This document shows, in pieces, positions 19,964 through 30,122 of a stretch of 64,000 nucleotides of DNA. A program made the translations under genes and the position numbers. The stretch is taken from positions 124,001 to 188,000 of the forward strand of contig CP128821.1 of assembly GCA_051546255.1 (NCBI GenBank), written 5' to 3'. Positions within the stretch are counted from its first letter, which is position 1. Each line of letters starts with the position of its first letter. Below the pieces are notes generated by a model. The model was given only the letters and a program-made list of their open reading frames with translations. It was not told the DNA's origin and searched no databases. This DNA comes from Meyerozyma guilliermondii. Taxonomy: Eukaryota.

Positions 19964-20086
19964 AGTGCCAAGTATATGATGATTTACCACATTTCACGAC
20001 GGTCTACTGCGTTTGGGAACTTGTAATTCCCTTACCTTGATGATATTCTCGGCCTTGACCGGCCGTGGTTCCTGAAACTTGGCACT
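19964..20086 (+). ncRNA. SNR73: Box C/D snoRNA snR73-like
   Basis: ATGATGA 19976; guide TCACGACGGTCTA antisense to 25S UAGACCGUCGUGA; D CTGA 20072; perfect 10-bp terminal stem AGTGCCAAGT/ACTTGGCACT. Confidence 0.88.
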
Positions 20087-20287
20087 TGTTGTGGAATAGA
20101 CAACGCCCGCCCTCTATGTAGTATGGTTCAATTGCAATTTAGAGCCTCAATTAGCCATCTTTTAAACTTTGCATCGATACCTCGCATCGGCTATCGACGG
20201 CATTTGTTCCTATTTAGGTGCGCGGCGCTTCGATTTCTCAAATTCTACGCATCATAGCTTCTGCCTAGATAAGGTATTGTTTGTGGT

Positions 20288-23080
20288 ATGAGACTTCCAG
20301 TTCCCAAACTCGGCCACAATGACCTGAAGGAAGTGAAGAAACCTCTGAGCACTCAAGCCGCTTCTCATAATGTAACTAAATCAGCTCAACCAGACCAAAA
20401 TCCGCCTCAGTATTCAGAAGCTATTAATTCCAATTCGGACTTGGAAAGTGTTTCCAGCTCACAGCCTTCCTCTCGGAGAGCCCCAGTCTCGCGGAGAAGC
20501 AGCAGTAATGTTTTGCGTGCAATGGCAGCACCCCTGTCTGGATCTTCGTCTGGTGGAAAGAAGACACCCCAGCGTAATGTCCCCTATAAACCATCGAAAG
20601 AGCTTCAAAAACACATCGATAAACTCGGTACAGACGTGAATGTGAACGCAGATTTGACCACTACCTTGTCCGGTACAAGGACAGAATATTTCCATGTTCT
20701 ACCCTCATTTCAAATGTTCCAGTCAATTTTAAAACGAGACGATGCTCAGTTCAACGAAAGTTTAAGTGGTGAACCTCCCACATACGAGGACTCCAGAAGC
20801 GCATCTCCAGTACTTTCGCCATCTCTTTCGCCTCAGACGTCTGCAACGTCACAATCGGGCCATGAAAACCATATCGATGGTCTTCTTCTGTCTACGGCTG
20901 ATCGACTCAATGAGTATCAGATGAACGACTCGGCCTACCAAGAGCAAAACTTCTACTTTGACGACTCAAACGACCAGCCTGGTCCTGCTTCTTCAACCCC
21001 TAGGTACCGTGGTATCAACGAACCAACAGATACTTATGGACACACTGTTCTCGACAATATTGATCGCTTGCCTAAAAGCCATTCTTCACCCATTGATGTT
21101 CAGATCTATGTGACAAAGAAGGTTCCTCTGCCGAACCAAAAGAACGAATTAGAGACAAGACTCAAAGAATATTCAAGTGGAGATGTGGTCAATGGATACA
21201 TTATAATTACGAATACTTCCGATTCAGTGGTCAATTTTGGTCTTTTTACCGTCTCCTTGGAGGGAACCATCAAGGCTACAGAAAGAATGGACAACGATGG
21301 CACCCAAAGTCCCCATAGGTACAAGAAAGTGTTGATGAAAAAGTTCTTAAAGATGTATGATTTGAATGCTTCGTATGGCTACACCCACATTCCTAGCAGT
21401 GTCGGTGTAGAGTACAAGGAATACACTCGGGATAACGAAGGGTGTATCTTGGGATTGCCGAATGAGCGAATTCTTCAACCTCATCAAAAGTACAAGAAAT
21501 TCTTCACCTTTACTTTCCCTGAAAAACTTCTCGACAATAACTGTATGCACCTGATCCTACCCCATGTTCTTCCTCCTCCGAGCTTTGGCTTTGACAAGAG
21601 CAGTTTCTACCATCGTGGAGAAAATGTCAGCTTGAACAAAGCTCTTGGTTATGGCTATTTGGATATTCGTGGAACTCCACTTCTCACCAGAGATTACAGC
21701 TTTGATGATATTAGTGTCAGTTATGCCATCGAAGCGAAATTCATTGACAAGATCGATGCCAAGGATCAGAACGAAGCAGTTTTCGAGCATGAAATCAACG
21801 ACCCCAGTTCCGATTCCAGCTATACCATATCTCGCAGCCAGCAATATTTCTTGCGGTTCATTCCTGATATCAAGGAGCAAATCCTCGACTATTACAATCA
21901 GGGTTATCAATATGGATTTGAGACGTTTGGTACTCTTGGAATTGGTGGAAAATTGTTCCATGATTACATCCACCAAAGCACCTGGCAAGCTATCAAAGAT
22001 CTCAACCACCAGATAGAGAAAGAAATTGATACTAAGCTTAACAAAGAAGCCACCCAAGATGAGCTCAAAGAATTGAATTTGGTGGTTCATTCCAATCACA
22101 ATAAGTTTGCAGAGCAACCTAATTTCAAGCCCCAGTTGCTGCACCAGTGGAGCGAACAGCGAGACTATCTCTACTATCAAGACCAAAGAATGATTGGAGG
22201 ATACTCTAATGCCATCTATGGAAAGAAAAAAAAGAGCATTTTGTCGTCGTTGACTTTGATCGGAAGACTGAAATTATACGTCCAGGTTCCAGACGGCGTA
22301 ATACCATACACTTCTCCACGGCTCTTGATGAAGTATAACTCCTCAAATTCAGATGACAAGGATGGCTCCATGACTTCGTTAACTCCCGTGAGTAGCACCA
22401 GGGAAATCCTGGAGCTCTACAATCGAAATGAAGAAGACTTGTTACGTTCGGTAAATATCACACTTCAGTTCACAGCCAATGACAGTGCCACCAGACCGCC
22501 GCCAATAAGCTACATTGAGGCTAATGTGGTATGTTGGTCCTACAATTCTGAGTACCCATTACCTGTGAAATTGTTGTATGATTTCTACTATGCCCCACCG
22601 TGCAGAAAACCCGAAGATGAATATCTGGAAGTTGATGAAGTCGAAATCACAAGGTCAAACCTCCAGTGGGTTAAGGACCAGGTTTCCCACTACATTTCCT
22701 TCTTAAAGGCTAACAAGACATATATCTCACGAGATTCGTATCTCTACATGAAAGCAATGCAGACGTTGGGAATCAAAAAGGACACCGTGAAAGATTTTTT
22801 CAAGACAGTGACCCATTCCAGTCACCCACAGCTTCTTTCAAACGAGCTGGGATGGAAAGCAGAACAAAGAGGTAAAAAGATAATTTGGACCAAAGACATA
22901 ACGGTGCCGCTTTCTACAATTAACAAGAATAATATCACATTAATACCCAACTTTCAAAGTTGTTTGGTTGGAAGATCGTACTGTCTTCAGGTGGTGGTCA
23001 AGTACAAAGGCAGCGGTGGAGATCAGAATGAATTTGCCGACAACATCATCAAATCTGAAGTTCCCTTGGTGGTAGGGTAG
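20288..23080 (+). CDS. BUL1: Rsp5 ubiquitin-ligase adaptor, Bul1 family
   Basis: VLPSFQM, PPxY motifs (PPQY, PPTY), KKFLKMYDL.AS and LIPNFQSCLVGR.Y. Confidence 0.88.
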   Translation: MRLPVPKLGHNDLKEVKKPLSTQAASHNVTKSAQPDQNPPQYSEAINSNSDLESVSSSQPSSRRAPVSRRSSSNVLRAMAAPLSGSSSGGKKTPQRNVPYKPSKELQKHIDKLGTDVNVNADLTTTLSGTRTEYFHVLPSFQMFQSILKRDDAQFNESLSGEPPTYEDSRSASPVLSPSLSPQTSATSQSGHENHIDGLLLSTADRLNEYQMNDSAYQEQNFYFDDSNDQPGPASSTPRYRGINEPTDTYGHTVLDNIDRLPKSHSSPIDVQIYVTKKVPLPNQKNELETRLKEYSSGDVVNGYIIITNTSDSVVNFGLFTVSLEGTIKATERMDNDGTQSPHRYKKVLMKKFLKMYDLNASYGYTHIPSSVGVEYKEYTRDNEGCILGLPNERILQPHQKYKKFFTFTFPEKLLDNNCMHLILPHVLPPPSFGFDKSSFYHRGENVSLNKALGYGYLDIRGTPLLTRDYSFDDISVSYAIEAKFIDKIDAKDQNEAVFEHEINDPSSDSSYTISRSQQYFLRFIPDIKEQILDYYNQGYQYGFETFGTLGIGGKLFHDYIHQSTWQAIKDLNHQIEKEIDTKLNKEATQDELKELNLVVHSNHNKFAEQPNFKPQLLHQWSEQRDYLYYQDQRMIGGYSNAIYGKKKKSILSSLTLIGRLKLYVQVPDGVIPYTSPRLLMKYNSSNSDDKDGSMTSLTPVSSTREILELYNRNEEDLLRSVNITLQFTANDSATRPPPISYIEANVVCWSYNSEYPLPVKLLYDFYYAPPCRKPEDEYLEVDEVEITRSNLQWVKDQVSHYISFLKANKTYISRDSYLYMKAMQTLGIKKDTVKDFFKTVTHSSHPQLLSNELGWKAEQRGKKIIWTKDITVPLSTINKNNITLIPNFQSCLVGRSYCLQVVVKYKGSGGDQNEFADNIIKSEVPLVVG

Positions 23081-23121
23081 AAAGTGAAAAATCCTGCATG
23101 TCCAGGTCGTGCGTTCTACCA

Positions 23122-23160
23122 ATGAGTCAGAAACGGGTAATTTTTTCTTGCACGACTCAT
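23122..23160. promoter_or_regulatory. Gcn4-type sites upstream of CPA1
   Basis: ATGAGTCA 23122-23129 and GACTCAT 23154-23160. Confidence 0.7.
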
Positions 23161-23221
23161 TAGCCGCGATTCGCAATCAGTAATTTTCAATCAGAAAGAC
23201 AGAAGTTTTTTTACATACATC

Positions 23222-24520
23222 ATGTTGGGAACTTTCATCAAGGTTTTCGCGAAACCCAAGGCGATAAGTCCAGCTGCCTTCCACCGGTGCTTAGCTACCA
23301 ATGCTTCTGGCTTCAACAGGACATCTCAATTAGACAGAGCTACGTTGACCATAAAGGACGGCCCAGTTTTCAACGGATATTCTTTCGGAGCCAACAAAAA
23401 CATCAGTGGTGAAGCCGTTTTCACCACGTCGCTCGTTGGGTATCCAGAATCGATGACGGACCCTAGTTACAAGGGCCAAATTTTGTGTTTTACTCAGCCA
23501 TTGATTGGTAATTATGGTGTGCCTTCAGACACTGTGCGTGACGAATTCAACTTGTTGAAGTATATGGAATCTCCTTCCATTCAATGTATTGGAATTGTCG
23601 TTGCGGACGTTGCCTTGGAACATTCTCATTGGACTGCTGTCGAGTCTCTTCAGCAATGGTGTAAGCGTTCGGGAGTAGCCGCTATCACCGGTGTTGATAC
23701 CAGACAATTGGTGTCTTATTTAAGGGACAAGGGTTCTTCGTTGGCCAAGATAACCATTGGAGAGGAATATGACGCTGACGAAGATGCTGCTTTTGAAGAT
23801 CCTGGATCGGTGAACTTGGTTCATAAGGTTACTACCAAGGCTCCATTCCACGTTTCATGTCCTCCATCGCACTCCAAAGGCATTCACGTTGCCGTATTGG
23901 ACTGCGGAGCCAAGGAAAACATCTTGAGGTGTCTTGTTCAAAGAGGTGCATCGCTTACTGTGTTCCCATACAATTATCCTATTCATAAGATTGCCAACAA
24001 ATTCGATGGTATTTTCATCAGTAACGGACCAGGAGATCCAACCCACTGTTCTGCCACCATCGAAAACCTCAAGCAAACAATGCAGGAGAACAAGGACTTG
24101 CCAATCTTTGGAATCTGCTTGGGCCATCAACTCTTGGCTCTCGCATCCGGTGCCAAGTCCATCAAGTTGAAATACGGAAACAGAGCTCACAACATTCCTG
24201 CTTTAGATTTGCTCACTGGAAAGTGCCATATTACATCGCAGAACCACGGATACGCTGTTGATGCTTCATCTCTTGACCCCAACGAATGGGAACCATATTT
24301 CACGAATCTCAACGATTTGTCTAACGAAGGTATGGCTCACAAATATCGCCCTATTTTCTCTACCCAATTCCACCCAGAAGCCAAGGGTGGTCCCTTAGAT
24401 ACAGCATTTTTGTTTGACAAGTTCTTTGGACATATTCAAGACTACAAGAGCAAGACTGGAATGACCTGGGCCCAGGATAATTTATTGGTTGACATTTTGC
24501 CAAAAGAAAGAGTCTACTAG
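23222..24520 (+). CDS. CPA1: Arginine-specific carbamoyl-phosphate synthetase small subunit
   Basis: [33 protein letters not shown] and QFHPEA. Confidence 0.96.
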   Translation: MLGTFIKVFAKPKAISPAAFHRCLATNASGFNRTSQLDRATLTIKDGPVFNGYSFGANKNISGEAVFTTSLVGYPESMTDPSYKGQILCFTQPLIGNYGVPSDTVRDEFNLLKYMESPSIQCIGIVVADVALEHSHWTAVESLQQWCKRSGVAAITGVDTRQLVSYLRDKGSSLAKITIGEEYDADEDAAFEDPGSVNLVHKVTTKAPFHVSCPPSHSKGIHVAVLDCGAKENILRCLVQRGASLTVFPYNYPIHKIANKFDGIFISNGPGDPTHCSATIENLKQTMQENKDLPIFGICLGHQLLALASGAKSIKLKYGNRAHNIPALDLLTGKCHITSQNHGYAVDASSLDPNEWEPYFTNLNDLSNEGMAHKYRPIFSTQFHPEAKGGPLDTAFLFDKFFGHIQDYKSKTGMTWAQDNLLVDILPKERVY

Positions 24521-24574
24521 AAGAGACAAGCATTAATAGATAATAGTGAATCTACAATGTTAGAATAGCTCCAT

Positions 24575-24682
24575 TATACGACTATACGACAATTTTAGCC
24601 ATCTTGACGTTTGTGCGGCTCGGGTGGTACGAGATGCATTCGGTTGCATGGTTGCGAAATTTAGTGGTGTGATTTTAAACGA
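24575..24682 (-). promoter_or_regulatory. Upc2-type sterol response elements upstream of the ERG25-like gene
   Basis: TATACGA at 24575 and 24583 (reverse complement TCGTATA); TAAACGA at 24676 (TCGTTTA); TATATAA near 24696. Confidence 0.7.
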
Positions 24683-24730
24683 GAATACGAATTGCTATAT
24701 AACCCAAGTGATGAATATGTGTTGTTGTAT

Positions 24731-25687
24731 ATGAGTTCTCTTCAGTATTTGGTGAATCTGACAACATCCTATAATCTGGTTGGAGAGGTTTTTCGGCTGC
24801 TTGATAATCCAGTAATAGGGCACCTCAATTGGCTCGAGCGAGCATGGGCTTCATGGTATATTTATATGAATAACGATATCTTGGCTACTGGGCTCTTGTT
24901 CTTCCTTACGCATGAAGTGATGTATTTCGGAAGATGTTTGCCATGGTTGATAATTGATAGAATTGCTTACTTTCAGCAATGGAAAATTCAACCCACCAAA
25001 CTTCCACTGGACCGTGAACAATGGGAATGTTTCAAGTCGGTAATAAAGCTGCACTTTCTCGTGGAAGCGCTTCCAATCTGGTTGTTTCACCCTCTTTGTG
25101 CCAGCTTGAATATTTCTGTGCTGGTACCTTTTCCGCTGATTAAAGTGATGGCTGCGCAGATTGCAATGTTCTTCGTATTGGAAGACCAGTGGCATTACTG
25201 GTCCCACCGTGCATTCCATTGGGGAATCTTTTACAAGTATATCCACAAACAGCACCATCGGTATGCTGCTCCCTTTGGGTTAGCTGCAGAATATGCTCAT
25301 CCTGTGGAGGTTATGGCCCTTGGATTTGGAACCGTTGGGTTTCCCATCTTGTATGCTTGGTCGGCCAAAAATTGGCCCCAGTATGCCCTTCCAGATTTAC
25401 ATTTGTTCACCTTGACGGTTTGGATCTCCTTGAGATTATTACAGGCTGTAGACTCTCATTCTGGCTATGAGTTCCCATGGTCGTTGCACCATTTTCTACC
25501 ATTCTGGGCAGGTGCAGATCACCATGATGAGCACCATCATTTTTTCATTGGAAACTATGCCAGCTCTTTCAGATGGACAGACTACTTACTCCAAACAGAG
25601 AGCGGACCTGTGGCTAAAGCATATAGAGAAAAGATGCAGCGTCAACGTGCTGAAAGGAAGCTCAACATGGCTGCGAAAACGAAATAA
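24731..25687 (+). CDS. ERG25: C-4 methylsterol oxidase (ERG25/ERG251 family)
   Basis: Histidine boxes HYWSH, HKQHH, HSGY and HHDEHH; AAEYAHP; first ATG at 24731. Confidence 0.9.
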   Translation: MSSLQYLVNLTTSYNLVGEVFRLLDNPVIGHLNWLERAWASWYIYMNNDILATGLLFFLTHEVMYFGRCLPWLIIDRIAYFQQWKIQPTKLPLDREQWECFKSVIKLHFLVEALPIWLFHPLCASLNISVLVPFPLIKVMAAQIAMFFVLEDQWHYWSHRAFHWGIFYKYIHKQHHRYAAPFGLAAEYAHPVEVMALGFGTVGFPILYAWSAKNWPQYALPDLHLFTLTVWISLRLLQAVDSHSGYEFPWSLHHFLPFWAGADHHDEHHHFFIGNYASSFRWTDYLLQTESGPVAKAYREKMQRQRAERKLNMAAKTK

Positions 25688-25829
25688 AAAAATAGAAGGG
25701 TAAGCGAATGAAAGAGGTAATGACCAGCATATATAGTAACGGAAATAAACGTCCTACTGATGATTTGTCTTTCTGGAGTGTAGTATACATCAGTTGAATA
25801 CTAATGAATGGTTCCCATATATGTCAGTG

Positions 25830-25854
25830 TTAGGGCTGTACCCTGGTTCACGTG
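25830..25854. promoter_or_regulatory. Tbf1 plus Cbf1 ribosomal-protein promoter module
   Basis: TTAGGG(N5)CCCT followed by TCACGTG at 25848, the known CTG-clade ribosomal-protein gene architecture. Confidence 0.7.
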
Positions 25855-25940
25855 CGCGGTTTTTGTGTCAGGAAAATTTCGATGCTCGGAAAAAAGTGCG
25901 TTTGAAAAAACTGAAAATAGTTGATATTTGATACTTTGAA

Positions 25941-26078
25941 GTAAGTAAGACCCGTCAAAAAATTGTTCTTCCAACGGACAATTCGTAGTTTGTGGACCAT
26001 CTTACCAAGCCGGAAATAAACACAGGCAGCAAACTAGGCCGAAAATATTCCAAAGTCATTGCGAGTACTAACATCCAG
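25941..26078 (+). other. 5'-UTR intron of RPL20 ending directly before the ATG
   Basis: GTAAGT 25941; TACTAAC 26066-26072; CAG|ATG at 26078/26079. Confidence 0.85.
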
Positions 26079-26597
26079 ATGTCTAGATTGAACGAATATC
26101 AAGTGATTGGCCGTCGTCTTCCCACCGACTCTGCGCCAGAGCCAAAGTTGTACCGTATGAGAATCTTTGCTCCCAACACTGTTGTGGCCAAGTCTCGTTA
26201 CTGGTACTTTTTACAGAAATTGCACAAGGTAAAGAAGGCTTCCGGTGAGATTGTGTCCGTTAACGTCGTCTCTGAGGCTCACCCAACCAAGGTCAAGAAC
26301 TTTGGTATCTGGATTAGATACGACTCCAGATCCGGTATCCACAACATGTACAAGGAGTACCGTGATGTGACTAGAGTTGGTGCTGTTGAGACCATGTACC
26401 AAGATTTGGCTGCTAGACACAGAGCCAGATTTAGAAGCATCCACATCTTGAAGGTCGTTGAATTAGAGAAGACCGACGATGTCAAGAGACAATACGTCAA
26501 GCAGTTCTTGTCCAAGGACTTGAAATTCCCATTGCCCCACAGAGTGCAAAAGACCAAGGCTTTGTACCAACGTAACGCTCCAACCACTTTTTACTAG
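26079..26597 (+). CDS. RPL20: 60S ribosomal protein eL20
   Basis: [34 protein letters not shown] and KFPLPHR. Confidence 0.97.
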   Translation: MSRLNEYQVIGRRLPTDSAPEPKLYRMRIFAPNTVVAKSRYWYFLQKLHKVKKASGEIVSVNVVSEAHPTKVKNFGIWIRYDSRSGIHNMYKEYRDVTRVGAVETMYQDLAARHRARFRSIHILKVVELEKTDDVKRQYVKQFLSKDLKFPLPHRVQKTKALYQRNAPTTFY

Positions 26598-26720
26598 GCT
26601 AAGTATGTGTAATTAATCGAAAGGTTGATTGTTGTAGTGTCGCACTTTAATTTTCTCACTTTAATTTTACTTCTGTCGCATTTCTCACTTTATCGTATTT
26701 CTTCTTATCTTTCGCAATCC

Positions 26721-27530
26721 ATGTCATACGGAGGAAAAGCTGCTGAACGTCTTTCGGGTAAGACTATATTGATCACCGGCGCATCGGCCGGTATCGGAGA
26801 AGCAACTGCTCGTGAGTTTGCTGCCGCCGCTAACGGCAATGTAAAGCTTGTACTCACTGCTCGTAGAAAGGAGAAACTTGACTCATTGGCTGAAAGTTTG
26901 AAACTGGAATACTCCAATATCAAAGTGTTGCCTGTGACCCTCGACGTGTCTGATGTGCTGTCAATTGAGCCGTTTGTGAATGGTCTTCCTACCGAATTTG
27001 CCGATATTGATGTGTTGATCAACAATGCTGGTCTTGCATTGGGCAGAGACGAAGTGGGCAGCATTGACGCAAAAGATATTGCTACCATGTTCAACACCAA
27101 TGTATTGGGACTCATCACGTTGACACAGGCGGTTTTGAGAATCTACAAGGCTAAAAATTCCGGTGATATTGTCAATTTGGGTTCCATTGCTGGCAGAGAC
27201 CCATACCCTGGTGGAGGTATCTACTGTGCTACCAAGGCCAGTGTCAAGTCATTTTCTCATGTGTTGAGGAAGGAACTTATCAGCACCAAAATTAGAGTTT
27301 TGGAAGTGGATCCAGGCAATGTTGAAACCGAGTTTTCGCAAATCAGGTTCCGTGGTGATAAGGATAAAGCCAAGGCCGTTTATGCGGGTACAGAGCCATT
27401 GCTTGCTGAAGACATTGCCGAGATCATTGTATTTGGAGTCACAAGAAAGCAAAAGACCGTGATCGCTGAGACATTGGTGTTCTCCACTAACCAGGCCTCT
27501 GCCTCGCATTTGTATAGAGAACAGTCTTAG
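26721..27530 (+). CDS. NADP-dependent 3-hydroxy-acid dehydrogenase SDR (YMR226C/YdfG-like), copy 1
   Basis: TGASAGIG, NNAG, YCATK and PG.VETEFS; ATG 26721. Confidence 0.9.
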   Translation: MSYGGKAAERLSGKTILITGASAGIGEATAREFAAAANGNVKLVLTARRKEKLDSLAESLKLEYSNIKVLPVTLDVSDVLSIEPFVNGLPTEFADIDVLINNAGLALGRDEVGSIDAKDIATMFNTNVLGLITLTQAVLRIYKAKNSGDIVNLGSIAGRDPYPGGGIYCATKASVKSFSHVLRKELISTKIRVLEVDPGNVETEFSQIRFRGDKDKAKAVYAGTEPLLAEDIAEIIVFGVTRKQKTVIAETLVFSTNQASASHLYREQS

Positions 27531-27887
27531 TGCTTTTGGAGCGTTGAAAAGATAAGTTTTTCGGCCTTAAGAGGAACTGTCTGTTGCTATTAGAATACTG
27601 TCAATTGTTTTTAAGCATAACTGTTCATATTAGATTATTGTCTAGTTGTAGAGATTCGTAGTTACTAAACACACTCTCGGAGTTCTTCAGATTGATGAAG
27701 AATGCTAATTACTACTTTTCTTCAAATTGTCAATGAAAGCATTTCAGTAAAAATTTAACTTAATTCCGCTTGTCAAGTACACATACAAGCTCCATACCCA
27801 TCGTCAGTAATGTGCCTCTTACCAGCCGGTAGCACTGTATTATGTCATCACCCAGTAGTGAGTGTGGAGATTAAATCCTCAATCTTC

Positions 27888-28700
27888 ATGTCTTTCGGTG
27901 CCAAAGCCGCTGAACGCCTTGCCAACAAGATCATATTGATCACTGGGGCATCGTCTGGTATAGGCGAGGCTACCGCCAGAGAATTCGCTGCTGCTGCCAA
28001 TGGAAAAATTCTGTTGATTTTGACCGCTCGGAGAGAAGACAAACTCAAGTCTCTCTCGCAACAATTGAGCCTCATTTACCCGCAAATTAAAATCCATTCT
28101 GCTCGTCTTGATGTCTCTGAGTTTTCGTCACTTAAGCCGTTCATTACTGGGTTGCCAAAGGATTTTGCTAGCATCGACGTTTTGGTGAATAATGCGGGGA
28201 AAGCATTGGGAAGAGCCAATGTTGGTGAAATTTCCCAAGAGGAAATCAATGGCATGTTCCATACCAATGTTCTTGGGTTGATAAACTTAACTCAGGAGGT
28301 GTTACCCATCTTCAAAAAGAAAAATGCTGGAGATATTGTGAACATTGGCTCAGTGGCCGGTAGAGAACCTTACCCTGGAGGTGCAGTATACTGTGCTTCA
28401 AAGGCAGCAGTTAACTACTTTTCTCATTCTTTGAGAAAGGAAACTATCAATTCCAAAATCAGGGTCATGGAGGTGGATCCTGGGGCAGTAGAGACAGAGT
28501 TCTCGTTGGTTCGTTTTGGCGGTGATGCCGAGGCTGCGAAAAAGGTGTATGAGGGAACCGAGCCTTTGGGCCCAGAAGATATTGCGGAAATCATTGTGTT
28601 TGCTGTGTCGAGAAAAGCCAAAACTGTCATTGCGGAAACTTTGGTGTTTCCTACCCATCAGGCTGGAGCAGTTCATGTTCATAGAGGGCCGCTTGAGTGA
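27888..28700 (+). CDS. NADP-dependent 3-hydroxy-acid dehydrogenase SDR (YMR226C/YdfG-like), copy 2
   Basis: TGASSGIG, NNAGKALG, YCASK and PGAVETEFS; ATG 27888 aligns with the start of copy 1. Confidence 0.9.
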   Translation: MSFGAKAAERLANKIILITGASSGIGEATAREFAAAANGKILLILTARREDKLKSLSQQLSLIYPQIKIHSARLDVSEFSSLKPFITGLPKDFASIDVLVNNAGKALGRANVGEISQEEINGMFHTNVLGLINLTQEVLPIFKKKNAGDIVNIGSVAGREPYPGGAVYCASKAAVNYFSHSLRKETINSKIRVMEVDPGAVETEFSLVRFGGDAEAAKKVYEGTEPLGPEDIAEIIVFAVSRKAKTVIAETLVFPTHQAGAVHVHRGPLE

Positions 28701-28824
28701 AATGTAGATTCGAAGTAGAAAGCGTTAAACTGACTCAAGTTTGGGTTTCTTGATTGAATCTGTTCAAGGACTGAGAGATTAAGTAGACTGAATTAGAAAG
28801 TGAATCAGAAACACAATCAGAAAC

Positions 28825-29934
28825 TCAAAAACTGAGCTGCTCTAAAGTCTTCATCACCTTAGCTGAACCTTCAACCGCAGTATTGTTCTCGATGTTAACC
28901 TTTGGCCTGTTCATTTCCAAGCCCGCTAGCAATACACAAGCCTTGCATATTTTATTCGAGGAAAGATAGCCGCATTTCTCACAACGGCTACCGTCTGTTT
29001 TCTTCGTCAAGTTCACGGAACCGTCAGAATTCACCTCTGTCTCAATGTTCTTCTTGGGCTTATTCTTATACTTTTCTGTTGTTCTCTTCTTCTTGTGGGC
29101 CACCACCAAATGTTCTCCACTATATATGATGTCCATAATGCAAGATGGACGGACAGACTCCAATGCCTTCAAAAGTTCTCGGGCTGTACCTCGGAAAGCT
29201 TCTGGGGCATATGAGCATTCGGTGGAGAAATAGTCAAGCTTCTTGTAATGAGCATAAAGAACAATTTCCTTTTGGTAGGTGTACTTGAAAGGTTTGGATC
29301 GTTTGATGGGACTTCCTTCAGACAGTGTAAGGATGCTGCAAGATCTCTCCAACCTGGCAATATCGCCCCGAAGAAGGTTCATCAAGACGGTTTCTGCCAT
29401 GTCATCAGCATTGTGGCCCGTTACGACATGATCTATCTCGAGTTTAGCAGCACCTCTGTCGAGGGCTTGTCTTCTCAACACCCCACAGTAAGTACATGAT
29501 GATCGTATGCCAGCACATGATACGATTTCGTCCATAGACCAGTTGTACAAGTCTTTATACGAGATGATCTCAAGGGGCATTTCGTATTGAATTTGATTTC
29601 TCTTCACGGTAGCTAATGAATCATCTCTGTAACCCACTATACCTTCATCAATAGAGAGTAAAACAAGCGTTAATCCGTAGTTATACTTCTCGTTTAATGT
29701 CTTGAGCACAGAGGCAAGTACAGTAGAATCTTTGCCCCCAGAAGCTCCTATGGCGACCTTATCGCCTGGTTTGAATAGCTGAGCATCGACTATAGTGTTG
29801 TGGATTTCTGTTTCGAAAACGTGATAAAAGCACTCTTTACATAGCTTTTGGAGGTTCTTCGGACGCTTCATAACAGCCTTTGACTGGTGACATATGTCAC
29901 ACAACGTGACCTTTCTTATTTTTTTTTCTTCCAT
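28825..29934 (-). CDS. NCS6: Cytoplasmic tRNA 2-thiolation protein Ctu1
   Basis: PP-loop [21 protein letters not shown] and terminal CxxC pairs; PAC motif CTCATCGC at 29982. Confidence 0.95.
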   Translation of the reverse strand: MEEKKIRKVTLCDICHQSKAVMKRPKNLQKLCKECFYHVFETEIHNTIVDAQLFKPGDKVAIGASGGKDSTVLASVLKTLNEKYNYGLTLVLLSIDEGIVGYRDDSLATVKRNQIQYEMPLEIISYKDLYNWSMDEIVSCAGIRSSCTYCGVLRRQALDRGAAKLEIDHVVTGHNADDMAETVLMNLLRGDIARLERSCSILTLSEGSPIKRSKPFKYTYQKEIVLYAHYKKLDYFSTECSYAPEAFRGTARELLKALESVRPSCIMDIIYSGEHLVVAHKKKRTTEKYKNKPKKNIETEVNSDGSVNLTKKTDGSRCEKCGYLSSNKICKACVLLAGLEMNRPKVNIENNTAVEGSAKVMKTLEQLSF

Positions 29935-30122
29935 CTAAAAAGATTAGTTAGCAAAAGATCAAGTTCTCAAAAAGTTCAAGTCTCATCGCATCGCATTCGC
30001 GAATTTTAAATCGAGAGACTCTCTCTACAGAGAGTCTATCTCACTATAAAGGCGTATCAATTACTGTATATTACGTTTATACACGTCGTCGTGGAAGAGC
30101 TAGGTAATGCACCATCTTTATC

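Larger units (their letters stand above)
19100..20100 (+). ncRNA. Spliced non-coding snoRNA host / polycistron (snR78 to snR73); ends approximate
   Basis: No credible ORF. Four 5'ss-branch-AG sets each enclose one C/D snoRNA; two further snoRNAs follow. Confidence 0.85.

Noticed and set aside
23098..23163. uORF as an arginine attenuator peptide
   Set aside because: No similarity to the conserved peptide core and probably upstream of the transcription start.
25992..26078. N-terminal extension of RPL20 in the ORF track
   Set aside because: It is intron sequence; the true start is ATG 26079. Similar non-ATG extensions were trimmed for RXT2, POL30, TOA2, MPE1, ERG25, SDR copy 1, HRT3 and NMD4.
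26638..26692. Short local duplications (TGTCGCA, CACTTTAATTTT, TTTCTCACTTTA, each twice)
   Set aside because: AT-rich slippage-type repeats in a terminator/promoter gap with no further support.
29935..29953. Branch-like TGCTAAC plus TTTTTAG directly before the NCS6 ATG (minus strand), suggesting a 5'-UTR intron
   Set aside because: No good donor site upstream, and a PAC promoter motif lies only about 50 nt from the ATG, leaving little room. At most a relic.
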